DNA of 63,849 bases, counting the filler. It is 4 parts of 4 records of this genome, joined end to end, with 100 filler letters (N's around TTAATTAATTAA, not from the genome) between each part and the next. Parts side by side here need not be neighbours in the genome. Positions count along the whole stretch, not along the records: positions 31,891 to 43,271 come from SRR22947725_2347; 3 more parts are not named here. The stretch is one strand, 5' to 3'. Positions 32,435 to 41,816 of the stretch are shown here, piece after piece (the first letter of the stretch is position 1; the number at the start of each line of letters is the position of its first letter). Under the pieces are notes generated by a model. That model saw nothing but the letters and a program-made list of their open reading frames with translations. It had not been told where the DNA came from and searched no databases. The translations under genes were made by a program, and so were the position numbers.

Positions 32435-34901
32435 ATGATTACGATCGCGACCACGTCGCCCGGCCTGCTCCCGGCGAAGACCCAGCAGCGTACGTTATTG
32501 TCCATCCACGCCCCTCTGTGGCCGTATCCGTGGTAGATTCTGTACACCCGAGTTTCTGCGGGATGCGTTGGCTCCATTGCCCGTCGCCAGGGGTCGAAAT
32601 CTCGTGGCAGGAATTCAACCACAGACCTCGGATGTGTGGGAACGCGTCGACAGGCGGTGGATTGTGCCATCGGCGTGCTGTATGGCTCACTATATGTGCA
32701 CATTGTCTACTTGCAGAGGCGAGGCGTGTATCTTCGGGTAGAAACGCGGGAATTGCCGTCAGGGCCGAGAACGCCAGCTCTGGGGCGAATTCGACGAGGC
32801 GCCAGCAGCTCGCAGGGTACGTTCCTTCTGTATTTGTTTCGTGGTGTATTGAACTGGATGCCGTACCTGTTCTTTTGGATCGGGGACGGGGTGGTTCGGT
32901 GCGAGGGATTCGCGCCCTTGGTTGGCCCTGGCGAGGACAAGCAACCCGCGTGGCACGTGCTGCGGCGCTCACCCGTCGTTGTTCGCACTCGTTACCTACT
33001 ATAGGTTGGTTTCCGGTCTGACGCTGGGAGCCGCGCCGCTGCTCACTGCGTCGGCGGCCAAGGCTGACGATGCGACCAATGTGGCGTCCTCCCGTATGTC
33101 GTACTCTCGTTTCCTCGAGTACTTGGATATGGGGCGCGTGAAGAAGGTCGATCTCTACGAGAATGGCACGATTGCTATCGTGGAGGCCGTGTCTCCGGAG
33201 CTTGGGAATCGCGTGCAGCGGGTTCGCGTGCAGCTTCCGGGCACCTCTGCAGAGCTTCTTCAGAAGTTCCGCGAGAAGAACGTGGACTTTGCCGCCCACG
33301 CTCAGCAGGAGGACGGTGGTTCCGTCTTCCTGAACCTTATTGGCAACCTTGCGTTCCCGCTGCTCCTTGTGGGTGGTCTGTTCCTGCTCTCGCGTCGCGG
33401 GGGAGGCCCGATGGGACCGGGTGGGCCTGGAAACCCGATGGCGTTCGGAAAGTCCAAGGCGCGCTTCCAGATGGAGCCCAATACGGGTGTTACGTTTGGA
33501 GACGTGGCCGGTGTTGACGAGGCCAAGCAGGATTTCGAGGAGATTGTCGAGTTTTTGAAAAAGCCGGAGAGGTTCACAAACGTGGGTGCCAGGATCCCCA
33601 AGGGATGCCTGCTCGTCGGGCCCCCGGGTACGGGTAAGACGTTGCTGGCGAAGGCGATTGCGGGAGAGGCCGGCGTGCCGTTCTTCTCCATCTCTGGATC
33701 CGAGTTTGTGGAGATGTTCGTCGGAGTCGGCGCGTCGCGTGTCCGCGACCTCTTCAAGAAGGCCAAGGAGAACGCGCCTTGCATCGTCTTCATCGATGAG
33801 ATTGATGCCGTTGGTAGGTCTCGTGGAACCGGAGTCGGCGGTGGAAACGATGAGAGGGAGCAGACCCTGAACCAGCTGCTGACGGAGATGGACGGATTCG
33901 AGGGCAACACGGGAATCATCGTCGTGGCCGCGACCAACAGGGCAGACATTCTGGATAACGCGCTGCTGCGTCCGGGAAGGTTTGATCGCCAGGTGCAGGT
34001 GGAGGTGCCCGACCAGGGTGGGCGTCTGTCCATCCTCCAGGTGCACTCTAGGAACAAGGCACTCGGCGATGACATCGACTTGAAGGAGGTGGCGCTGCGT
34101 ACCCCGGGATTCTCGGGAGCTGACCTGTCCAACCTGATGAACGAAGCTGCCATCCTGGCCGGGCGAAGGAACAAGGAGGCCATCAGCCAGACAGAGATTG
34201 ATGACTCGATCGACCGCATTGTGGCTGGCATGGAGGGAACCAGGATGACGGACGGAAGATCCAAGATGCTGGTTGCCTACCATGAGGTGGGACACGCTCT
34301 GTGCGCGACGCTGACCGAAGGCCACGACCCCGTGCAGAAGGTCACCCTCATCCCGCGTGGGCAGGCCAGGGGGCTCACGTGGTTCTTGCCGGGTGAGGAC
34401 CCGTCGCTGATCTCCAAGAAGCAGATCTTCGCGAGGGTTGTGGGTGCGCTCGGCGGACGTGCCGCCGAGGAGACCGTCTTCGGAGACGCAGAGGTGACCA
34501 CTGGAGCCTCGAGCGACCTCCAGCAGGTGACCAACATGGCCAGGGCCATGGTCATCAACTACGGATTCTCCGAGATTGGACAGTTTTCTCTCCAGGATCC
34601 GTCGGCCCAGAGCGGCGATATGATCATGAGGATGATGGCCAGGAACTCTATCTCGGAGAGCCTCCAGGCCAGGATTGACGCCGCCGTCAAGGAGATTGCC
34701 ACGGACGCCTACGACGTCGCTCTCAAGGTGATGACGGAGAACAGGGTGGCCTGCGACAAAATTGTCGAGGTGCTGATGGAGAAGGAGACCATGGGAGGCG
34801 ATGAGTTCAGGGAGATCCTGTCCCGGTACGCCACCATCCCCGCCTCCCACCTGGAGGCCGTGGAGAAGCAGAAGATGCCTGCCAAGTCGATGGTGGCCTG
34901 A
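32435..34901 (+). CDS. ftsH2: Thylakoid FtsH protease, type B (FtsH2/VAR2); exons 32435-32489, 32717-32816, 33005-34901
   Basis: GT-AG introns splice in frame to give transit peptide (AVRA) plus Tat-type signal (TRRQQL...AKA); [13 protein letters not shown], Walker [14 protein letters not shown]. Confidence 0.93.
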
Positions 34902-34951
34902 TGCTTTCGTTTCGTTCTTTGATGTTCTTTGACGATGAGAAAGGGTGATTT

Positions 34952-34977
34952 TTACAGCAGACAATGATGAGATGTAA
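34952..34977. promoter_or_regulatory. Convergent chlorophyte TGTAA polyadenylation signals (34973-34977 +, 34952-34956 -)
   Basis: TGTAA downstream of the FtsH2 and V-ATPase e stops; also at 39870-39874 after NDUFA6. Confidence 0.6.
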
Positions 34978-35000
34978 ATGTACATGGATTGCTCGACCGG

Positions 35001-35382
35001 TCACGACGGCAGGACGGGATTGACGAGCGGCTGTCGGTGATTTTCAGTGTTGTCGCGTCTGGTGAGATTGTCAGGATGACGTCGAGGTGGTGGGTGCTCT
35101 GAGGCAGCGGGCGGGTCGAGGTGGTGGGTGCTCTGAGGCAGCGAGGCGGAGCGAGGCGGGGTTTCCTGCCGGGGAGAGGCACCCATACCGGAGACATACC
35201 TTCATCTGCCCCATGTACACGATGACCCACAGCAACCAGCAGCAGATGACTGATGTGGCGACGAGCAACTGACCGAGCAGTTCGTGCCGCCGACCTTGCC
35301 GCGTCCCGATCAAGGATTTGACGAGAAACATGCCGAGTACCTCGAGCGCGGCGAAGAACACGGTGCCGAGCCAGAATCCCAT
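35001..35382 (-). CDS. V-type ATPase subunit e (70 aa); exons 35382-35200, 35030-35001
   Basis: Two TM helices, CCWLLWVIVYMGQMK|PLVNP; GTATGT...CAG intron. Confidence 0.85.
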
Positions 35383-35538
35383 CGTGTTCGTCCGGACACG
35401 CGGATATCTGCTATATGTGCGGGGAGACGGCCGTCCAGTGTTTTTTTTGTCGTCCCAGTCCAACTGCCGCTGAAGCTCGAGGACGGGGCCCGAAGGATTT
35501 GGGGGGAGGGCGACAGGGCCGGAGAACTGGACAACCGG

Positions 35539-35585
35539 AGGGCCAGAGAGCCAGAGGGCCAGAGGGCCAGAGAGCCAGAGGGCCG
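35539..35585. repeat. Short tandem repeat (GGGCCAGAG)n; (GGATGGAC)n at ~35753-35785
   Basis: Direct inspection. Confidence 0.8.
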
Positions 35586-36234
35586 GAGGAGGAAGCAGGA
35601 TGGACACGAGGACGACCAATATCCCACGTACATGGACGGCAGCATAGTCGCCAGTTTCGCAGTGCACTGGGTGCCGTGCTCATGAGGACAGCCGCTCCGG
35701 TTCGGGTCGAAGAGCCCGCTCCCACCAATTCGGTGACGAGATGTGATGGGCATGGACGGATGGACGGATGGACGGATGGACGGATGCGGATGCTGCGCAC
35801 AGACACCACCACCAGGAGGGCCGACTGGCCAGGACGCCCTCGACGGGTAGGGTGTATCGAAGCCGTCGCATCCAAGACCCTACCTCAGAGAGGGAGGGAG
35901 GTCGGCCCCTGATTCCGCCGTCCGTCGTTAGTTTCAATCATTCTTTGTCACTCTATCAGGTACGTTTACATCATACAGTGCACAGGACCGGGGGAAACGG
36001 CCGAGGGCCGGCGCCAATTCAGGCTCGCGCATTTCAGACCCGCGCCGGCTGCGTCTCTGTTCTTCCGTATTTCGCCGTGGACGCGCGCCTCGCCTGGTCC
36101 GAGGCCGTATAGTATGCATATGGCGAGATTCGTCGGACATAGGGACATCGGCCGTGAGCTTACGGCCGCTTCCGCCTCCATTTTGCGTCTCAAACTTACG
36201 CCGTCGCTCCTCCCGAAACTCGCAGCTAGGAACC

Positions 36235-37177
36235 ATGGCCGTTGGAAAGAACAAACGTTTGTCGAAGGGGAAGAAGGGAGGAAAGAAGAAGCAGTACGTT
36301 GTTGGAGATCGAAGGGGCTGCAGGATGTGTCGATTTGGCTGCTGGGCGGGAGGTCGGCTTCCCGGCCACGCCCTCTGATCACGGTGAATACCGCCTCGAC
36401 CCGCTCTGACGGCCATCCTCACATATGTCGTCCGTCGTTTTTCTCGATCGCAGGCAGGATCCGTTCGCCAAGAAGGACTGGTATGACATCAAGGCGCCGA
36501 CCATGTTCAACATCAAGAACATCGGGAAGACGCTGGTCACCCGTACCCAGGGAACGAAGATTGCTTCAGATGGACTCAAGGGACGTGTTATCAACGTTTC
36601 CCTGGCCGATCTGCAGAAGAACGAGTCCGATGCTCACCGTAACATCAAGCTGCGTGTGGAGGACGTTCAGGGCCGCAACTGCCTGACCAACTTCTACGGA
36701 ATGGACCTCACCACGGATAAGCTGCGCTCTCTTGTGCGCAAGTGGCAGACGCTGATTGAGGCGCACGTTGATGTCAAGACAACGGACGGATACTACCTGA
36801 GGATGTTCTGCATCGCGTTCACCAAGAAGCGCCAGGGACAGGTCAAGAAGACCGCCTACGCGCGTTCTTCGCAGATTCGCCAGATCCGTGCCAAGATGGT
36901 GGAGATCATGACTAGAGAGGCTACCAGTTGCGACCTGAAGGAGCTGGTCGGCAAGTTCATCCCGGAGGCCATTGGAAAGGAGATTGAGAAGGCCTGCCAG
37001 GGAATCTACCCCCTGCAGAACACCTTCGTCAGGAAGGTCAAGCTTCTCAGGGCCCCGAAGTTCGATGTCCAGAAGCTTATGGAGGTGCACGGAGACTACT
37101 CTCAGGAGGTTGTCAGCGAGGTGATTGAGAGGCCGGCCGAGGAGGTTGTCGGCATGGAGACTGCCGCTGAGGAGTAA
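36235..37177 (+). CDS. RPS3A: 40S ribosomal protein S3a (eS1); exons 36235-36293, 36454-37177
   Basis: [33 protein letters not shown]. Confidence 0.97.
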
Positions 37178-37468
37178 GTGCCGGAGTTCGGAGGATGTTA
37201 TATTTATATGAAGTAACAAACAAAGATAAACAAAGATAAAGTTCGCGGTCGGCGTGGGCGTGAAGATCCCCGTCGTTCTCGTCGCGCGTGCTGTGACCGG
37301 GCACGTGCAGCCGAATGGACCGTCGCGACTTCTACGCGACTCCTACGCGACTCCTACGCTTCGCCTGCGTGTGGGGACTAAAGTCAGAGGGGTCGACGAG
37401 CTGGCGCGGGCGTTCTGCAAAATCGGGAACACTGGGACGATGGTAGGCGCTTCAAAAATCACATCCGG

Positions 37469-37557
37469 GCTGCGTTCAGAGTGGTGCATGAATCAACGAT
37501 TTCAGCATTATATACTCAGAACAGGTCTGTGGTGATTGTATCTCATCACAACGCAGC
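37469..37557 (-). ncRNA. Box C/D snoRNA, double guide: 18S Gm1428 (snR56/U25-like) and Gm1271 (snR40/U32-like), yeast numbering
   Basis: C GTGATGA, D' and D CTGA, 8-bp terminal stem GCTGCGTT/AACGCAGC; guides antisense to AACAGGUCUGUG and GUGGUGCAUG; targets from D+5 rule. Confidence 0.9.
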
Positions 37558-37752
37558 ATGTGTTTTCATCGGATTCCAGGCGTCAGCCTAGAATCGACGC
37601 GCATCGCATACCTCTGTGACGGACGAGCCTCGGGACCTTGGCAATTGGCGCCAAGCTCTCAAGACGGTCCCGGGCTCGCACGGCCGTCAGCCGCCCAAGT
37701 GGCAGCAGAGGAATCTCCGAGTTACCTGCAAAGTGTGGGGACTAAAAGAGGG

Positions 37753-37988
37753 GGGACGTCAGTGCATGAGTAAGCCCCATTCTGTTCACGAACGAGCACA
37801 AGATGTGCTCGCCGCTGGCCACATAACTGTTTTCATGGCAAACTGTCGCAGCGCCGTGGATCGGCAGCTACAAGTCTTCTCCTCGCGGAGTGGCACTCTC
37901 TGCCTGGTTGCCCGGGGACTTTCTCTCAGCAATCTCACCGTCGTGCAAGCACGACAGATACGCCGAAGTGGCCCTACGCACTGCGCCC
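37753..37988 (-). ncRNA. RNase MRP RNA
   Basis: CR-I GAAAGTCCCC (37923-37914), P8 GGCAGAGAGTGCC with GARAR loop (37904-37892), CR-V AACAGAATGGGGCTTAC (37786-37770), P1 GCAGTGCGT/ATGCACTG, P2 GGCCAC/GTGGCC. Confidence 0.92.
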
Positions 37989-38104
37989 GTACCTGATATC
38001 CCAATGAGTAGAAGTCATAGGAGTGATAGGAGTGATAGGAGTGAATCCTCCTACTCCCATCGCTATGAAACAATCAGACGAGCAGTCACGACAGCATGCG
38101 CATC

Positions 38105-38187
38105 GACGCCATCAGATAGTGGTGCATGTTCCAAATTCATCCCGAATCAGGTTGATTGTATATGGATTGGTCATCTTCACCGACGTC
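38105..38187 (-). ncRNA. Box C/D snoRNA guiding 18S Um1269 (snR55/U33-like)
   Basis: C GTGAAGA, D'/D CTGA, terminal stem GACGTCG/TGGCGTC; D guide antisense to GUGGUGCAUG, D+5 = U. Confidence 0.8.
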
Positions 38188-38319
38188 AAAGCGTGCCAGA
38201 ACCCGCTGAAACTTCGAGTCGTGGCGACCCGCGCACATACCTGCAACAGGACACGCGAGTCAGTCGGCAAGTGCCAAAGTCGAAAACAGCGAGCCGACCA
38301 CGACAAGCATACAACAATC

Positions 38320-38418
38320 GGCCGTTCCCTCAGTTCAGGTCTCCAAAATATTTCCTCCACACAAGCATACGCTTTCAGTAGAACGAAAGTTATTTTTTTC
38401 GCATCACCGGGAACGGCC
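38320..38418 (-). ncRNA. Box C/D snoRNA, double guide: 18S Am974 (snR54/U59-like) and an LSU G in UCAGGUCUCCAA
   Basis: 10-bp terminal stem GGCCGTTCCC/GGGAACGGCC, C GTGATGC; guides antisense to AGAACGAAAGUU and UCAGGUCUCCAA. Confidence 0.88.
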
Positions 38419-38446
38419 TCGCACGCAGCACCGACAACGTCACACG

Positions 38447-38548
38447 ACCGTGGCATCAGTTGAAAGTATCGTCTCATAGGCCTATTAGAGACCTCTGAAG
38501 GTGTCCTAAGATTTTTGCTATGTGATTTCGTCCTCATGTGCACACGGT
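38447..38548 (-). ncRNA. Box C/D snoRNA guiding an LSU U in GCAGGUGUCCUAAG
   Basis: C ATGAGGA, D' CAGA, D CTGA, ACCGTG/CACGGT stem; 14-nt guide antisense to AGGUGUCCUAAGAU. Confidence 0.8.
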
Positions 38549-38619
38549 GACTGCGTGGACCACCGCACCGTCGGCAGGGCCGGGTCACCCGTCGCCAGAC
38601 ATCGAATCGGTCGAATCGG

Positions 38620-38713
38620 AAGGTCAGATAGAACGCAGCGATTGTAGTGTCATCTCAAAGACATCGATTCAGATACTATCTAGCGAGATATGAGACATCG
38701 ATCGTCATTCCTT
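38620..38713 (-). ncRNA. Box C/D snoRNA, double guide: 5.8S A43 (yeast numbering; plant snoR9-like) and LSU UACUAUCUAGCGA element
   Basis: C ATGACGA, D'/D CTGA; guides antisense to AGAACGCAGCGA and UACUAUCUAGCGA; long flanking inverted repeat 38582-38600 / 38741-38763. Confidence 0.85.
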
Positions 38714-39161
38714 TGATTCCACCCATTCTTGATTGACTGCGTCTGGCGACAACCGGTGACCCCGCCCTCTCCCTCTCCCGGCAGTTTAGATCGACGCACC
38801 TGTTCATTCCTTTATGACCATTCTTTTGCTCATTATCGCATATGATTGTTTGATACGCGTCTGACAGACCGCGTCTGACAGACCGCGACTGATAGAACCT
38901 GGATTCCGAGAAACAGCGGTTGTCAGTATGTATCAGCCTGGCAACCTGAGATGGACACCAGCACCCACCACAGAACAGTGCACCAGACAGACCAGCTCAC
39001 TCTCGTCAGTGTTACAGGGACGTTTCTACCCCGATGGTCTAGACAGGGCGACGCACGGAGAAATAACTGACTTGGTTCGCCCGGCTGGCCTGTCTGGAGA
39101 GCGCACACGCATGAAGAGGAAGGGGCAAGCGCCGGGCATGCGCCCGGACCACGACCCGGTA

Positions 39162-39239
39162 TTCCCTCAGGAGCTTGCTAGTTATCTTTCAAAGTATAAA
39201 CTACTCAGTTCTCAAAGATTAAGATACCATCCTCGGGAA
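39162..39239 (-). ncRNA. Box C/D snoRNA guiding 18S Cm38 (plant snoR66-like); second guide has no identified target
   Basis: TTCCC/GGGAA stem, degenerate C box, D' and D CTGA; 14-nt guide antisense to UCUCAAAGAUUAAG. Confidence 0.82.
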
Positions 39240-39454
39240 AGGGGCGCATCCGGTTTGGCATGACGATTTCAAGCCCTGCCACTGAAGGCCACGAAGGCCG
39301 TTTGGCATCATTGGGGCAGTCACGACATGGACATATACGTACTCTATAGACTCGACATATCGCACGATAGTTTAAACTCTGGTTTCGAAGTTTCTCGCCA
39401 GTTTTTTCTTGTCAGATTGACAGTCGCAACGTTTCCCCGTCGACGTCCCATACC

Positions 39455-39850
39455 ATGCCACTCGGTGCTGCGACATCCGCGACATCCACGACAGCACGTG
39501 TCGTGAAATCCACGGCGGGAAGTGCCACGAACAAGACGCTGCAGTTTTATCGGGAGGTCGCCCGATGCCTGCCCTCGATCCTGACTCAGTACAAGCTCTC
39601 TGAGCTCACCACGGTGGCCCAGCTTCGTCGAAACTTGTCAGAGATGATTCGGAAGAACGCTGACGTCGAGGGGGAGGGTGCGCGGGACGTGCTGATATAC
39701 AAGGGACGGGAGGAGCTGGAGATGATCCTCTTAAGTCACAAACAGCGGCACCACTTGGTGCGGGACTACGTACACAACCCGGCGATGGACAAGGTGGAGA
39801 AGCCGGGCAAGGGGAGTGCCTTCTTAGAGAGATTCTACAGGGGAGCATGA
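39455..39850 (+). CDS. NDUFA6: NADH dehydrogenase (complex I) subunit B14 / NDUFA6 (LYR family)
   Basis: FYRE, DVLIYKGREEL, KQRHH, SAFLERFY. Confidence 0.85.
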   Translation: MPLGAATSATSTTARVVKSTAGSATNKTLQFYREVARCLPSILTQYKLSELTTVAQLRRNLSEMIRKNADVEGEGARDVLIYKGREELEMILLSHKQRHHLVRDYVHNPAMDKVEKPGKGSAFLERFYRGA

Positions 39851-39900
39851 AATGAATGAAGGAGGATATTGTAAAATTCGTCCGACGCAAATCAGAGAGC

Positions 39901-41766
39901 TCACCGCGTGACGACCCGGCACTTGAGTCCGTTCGCGGTGTGAATCGTGGCCCCCGTCGCCATGCCAACGTCGCTGGGACTTCCTGCCAGCTCGAATTTG
40001 TATTTGCTGAGGGTCATCATCAGGCACACGGTGGCCTCCATCAGCGCAAACTGGTCGCCAACACACTTGCGGATGCCGCCCCCAAAGGGAAGGAAGGCAA
40101 AGTCGCTGGCAACTTCGTTGGGGTACAAGCTGCTCCCCTGTTTCTCGGGATCGTACCCTGCCCATTCCTTGAATTCTGGCTTGGCGTTTGCCTCAGAGAA
40201 CCGCTCTGGCCTGAAGGCATCGGGCTCCTTCCACAGGTATGGCGATCTGTGCAGGTTCCAGACGGAGATGAACAAGTCGGCGCCCTTTCCAATTGGGTAG
40301 CCGTTGGGATCGCCATTGAGTCCCGGTGGCAGCACGTCGTCGGCAAGTGCTCGTCGGATGAGGATGGGGGGCTGGGGGTAGAGTCGGAGGCTCTCGGCAA
40401 CGATGTTGCGCAGGTACGGCACCGTTGCGATATCGGCAAGCGTTGGAGTCGTCCCATCGGCAAAGCGCTCAAGCTCGGCGTGCGCCTTCTCCTGGATTTC
40501 GGGGTGCGTGGCCAGCAGGAAGATGGCCCAGGTGAGGACGGCTGCGGTGGTCTCGTGGCCGGCGATGAGCATGGTCATGAGGTCGTCGCGCAGCTGCTTT
40601 TGTTCCAGGTCTGCGTCACGCATGTCCACCAGGAAACGCAGCAGGCTGGCGTCTTGAACCTGGGAGTAGTCTCTGGCCTGTAACGCCTCAATGTCATCCA
40701 CGCTGCGCGAGGATTTGGCGAGGTCGATGAGCTCATCCAGGCACTCGTTGATGACTTTGATGTCCTTGTTGAATTGAATCTGCCTGGGAACGACGTACTT
40801 GGAAATGGGAATATTCCAGTACGGGATGTAGAAGGTGGAGCGATGCTCCGCCTCCTTCAGCACGCCGTAGACTGCCTGGATGACCGGGGACTGCTGGTTG
40901 ATCGACCCGAAATCGTAGTTGAAGACCCCGATGCCGATTATATCCAGTCCCAAGTTCAAAAACTCTTGCTCCATGTCGATGACGGTGCCTGACACGCTCG
41001 CGTTCTCCAGACGCTCCATCGTCTTTTTGGTGCAGTCGCCAAACATCTTGACGCAGTTCTCCAAGTAGGCCTGGTGAAATGCCGGTACTATTTGCCGACG
41101 TCGCACCTTCCACGTTTCCAGATCGGCAGGGATCAAGCCCTTGCCCATGATGGGCTCAAGGATCTCCGCCAGGACGCCCTTGTCGTAGTTGAAGGCGTTG
41201 TCCTTGAGCAGGTGCTTGACCACGACGGGGTCCGAGATGACAATGAAGGCTTTCGGCCCAAATGCAAGCTTGAAAACCCCTCCGTTGTCCATGAACCACT
41301 GATACAAGGCCTTAAAGAGCGGCTCATCCCCGGCAAGATCGGAGAGCTCACCCTCGGCCGTCGGGATGTTTTCACCGCCCATGGAGGGCTGGAAGTATCC
41401 CTGACTCACCTCCGTGAGAACTCTCGACAGCCCATCGCTGAGGTTTCCCTTGCCCTTGACGAAGGCGTAGATGAGGGTGAGCAGCCCCGGGGTGAAGAAC
41501 AGCACGACCGGAAGTGGATTGAAACCTTCGGCCAGGCTTTGGACGATTTCCTGCGCCGGGAGGGCAGGTGATCTGATGGAAATGGGCCGATGATTTAGTC
41601 TAGGTGAAGCTCCCGATGGACGGCGGACAGCGGGCCCTTTTCCTGCATGGCGCAGGTTTGATAACGCATTCGATGCCGGCCGGGTCACGCGAACGGGGCC
41701 GACGCAGCCAGTGCCACTGGGCGTAACTCGCATGATGAATCGTGACGGTTGCTGAATCTGGCGCAT
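39901..41766 (-). CDS. CYP97B: Cytochrome P450 CYP97B (plastid carotenoid-hydroxylase family)
   Basis: YDKGVLAEILEPIMGKGLIPAD, AGHETTAA, ESLR, PFGGGIRKCVGDQFA. Confidence 0.9.
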   Translation of the reverse strand: MRQIQQPSRFIMRVTPSGTGCVGPVRVTRPASNALSNLRHAGKGPAVRRPSGASPRLNHRPISIRSPALPAQEIVQSLAEGFNPLPVVLFFTPGLLTLIYAFVKGKGNLSDGLSRVLTEVSQGYFQPSMGGENIPTAEGELSDLAGDEPLFKALYQWFMDNGGVFKLAFGPKAFIVISDPVVVKHLLKDNAFNYDKGVLAEILEPIMGKGLIPADLETWKVRRRQIVPAFHQAYLENCVKMFGDCTKKTMERLENASVSGTVIDMEQEFLNLGLDIIGIGVFNYDFGSINQQSPVIQAVYGVLKEAEHRSTFYIPYWNIPISKYVVPRQIQFNKDIKVINECLDELIDLAKSSRSVDDIEALQARDYSQVQDASLLRFLVDMRDADLEQKQLRDDLMTMLIAGHETTAAVLTWAIFLLATHPEIQEKAHAELERFADGTTPTLADIATVPYLRNIVAESLRLYPQPPILIRRALADDVLPPGLNGDPNGYPIGKGADLFISVWNLHRSPYLWKEPDAFRPERFSEANAKPEFKEWAGYDPEKQGSSLYPNEVASDFAFLPFGGGIRKCVGDQFALMEATVCLMMTLSKYKFELAGSPSDVGMATGATIHTANGLKCRVVTR

Positions 41767-41816
41767 TGTTTGTTTCGTTGCAAAACCTTGTTGATCAACA
41801 TGATGATGTCGTTCAT

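Larger units (their letters stand above)
37365..39342 (-). ncRNA. Spliced non-coding snoRNA/MRP host gene; predicted introns 39342-38899, 38799-38241, 38240-38063, 37992-37726, 37611-37365
   Basis: Donors GTACGT/GTGCGT/GTATGT/GTACGG/GTATGC match those of the flanking protein genes; CTGAC-like branch points and YAG acceptors; every structured guide RNA falls inside an intron; no credible ORF. Confidence 0.7.

Noticed and set aside
32439-34985. 848-aa antisense ORF and the many other overlapping ORFs in the GC-rich contigs
   Set aside because: Shadows of GC3-biased real genes (e.g. FtsH2); no recognisable motifs
35081-35143. 29-nt direct repeat as a CRISPR-like unit
   Set aside because: Only two copies 5 nt apart inside a eukaryotic intron; simple duplication
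37612-37690. Single-hairpin H/ACA RNA
   Set aside because: ACA present but no pseudouridylation pocket 14-16 nt upstream; lies in a predicted exon
37732-37745. GTCCCCACA as a plant-type USE Pol III promoter for MRP
   Set aside because: It lies downstream of the MRP RNA and both copies sit between branch point and acceptor
39001-39027. Hammerhead ribozyme (GAAAC ... CTGACGA on minus strand)
   Set aside because: No room for stem I between the putative cleavage site and CUGA; stem III is weak
37254-39263. Short ORFs in the RPS3A-NDUFA6 interval
   Set aside because: No protein-like features; the region is explained by snoRNAs, MRP RNA and splice signals
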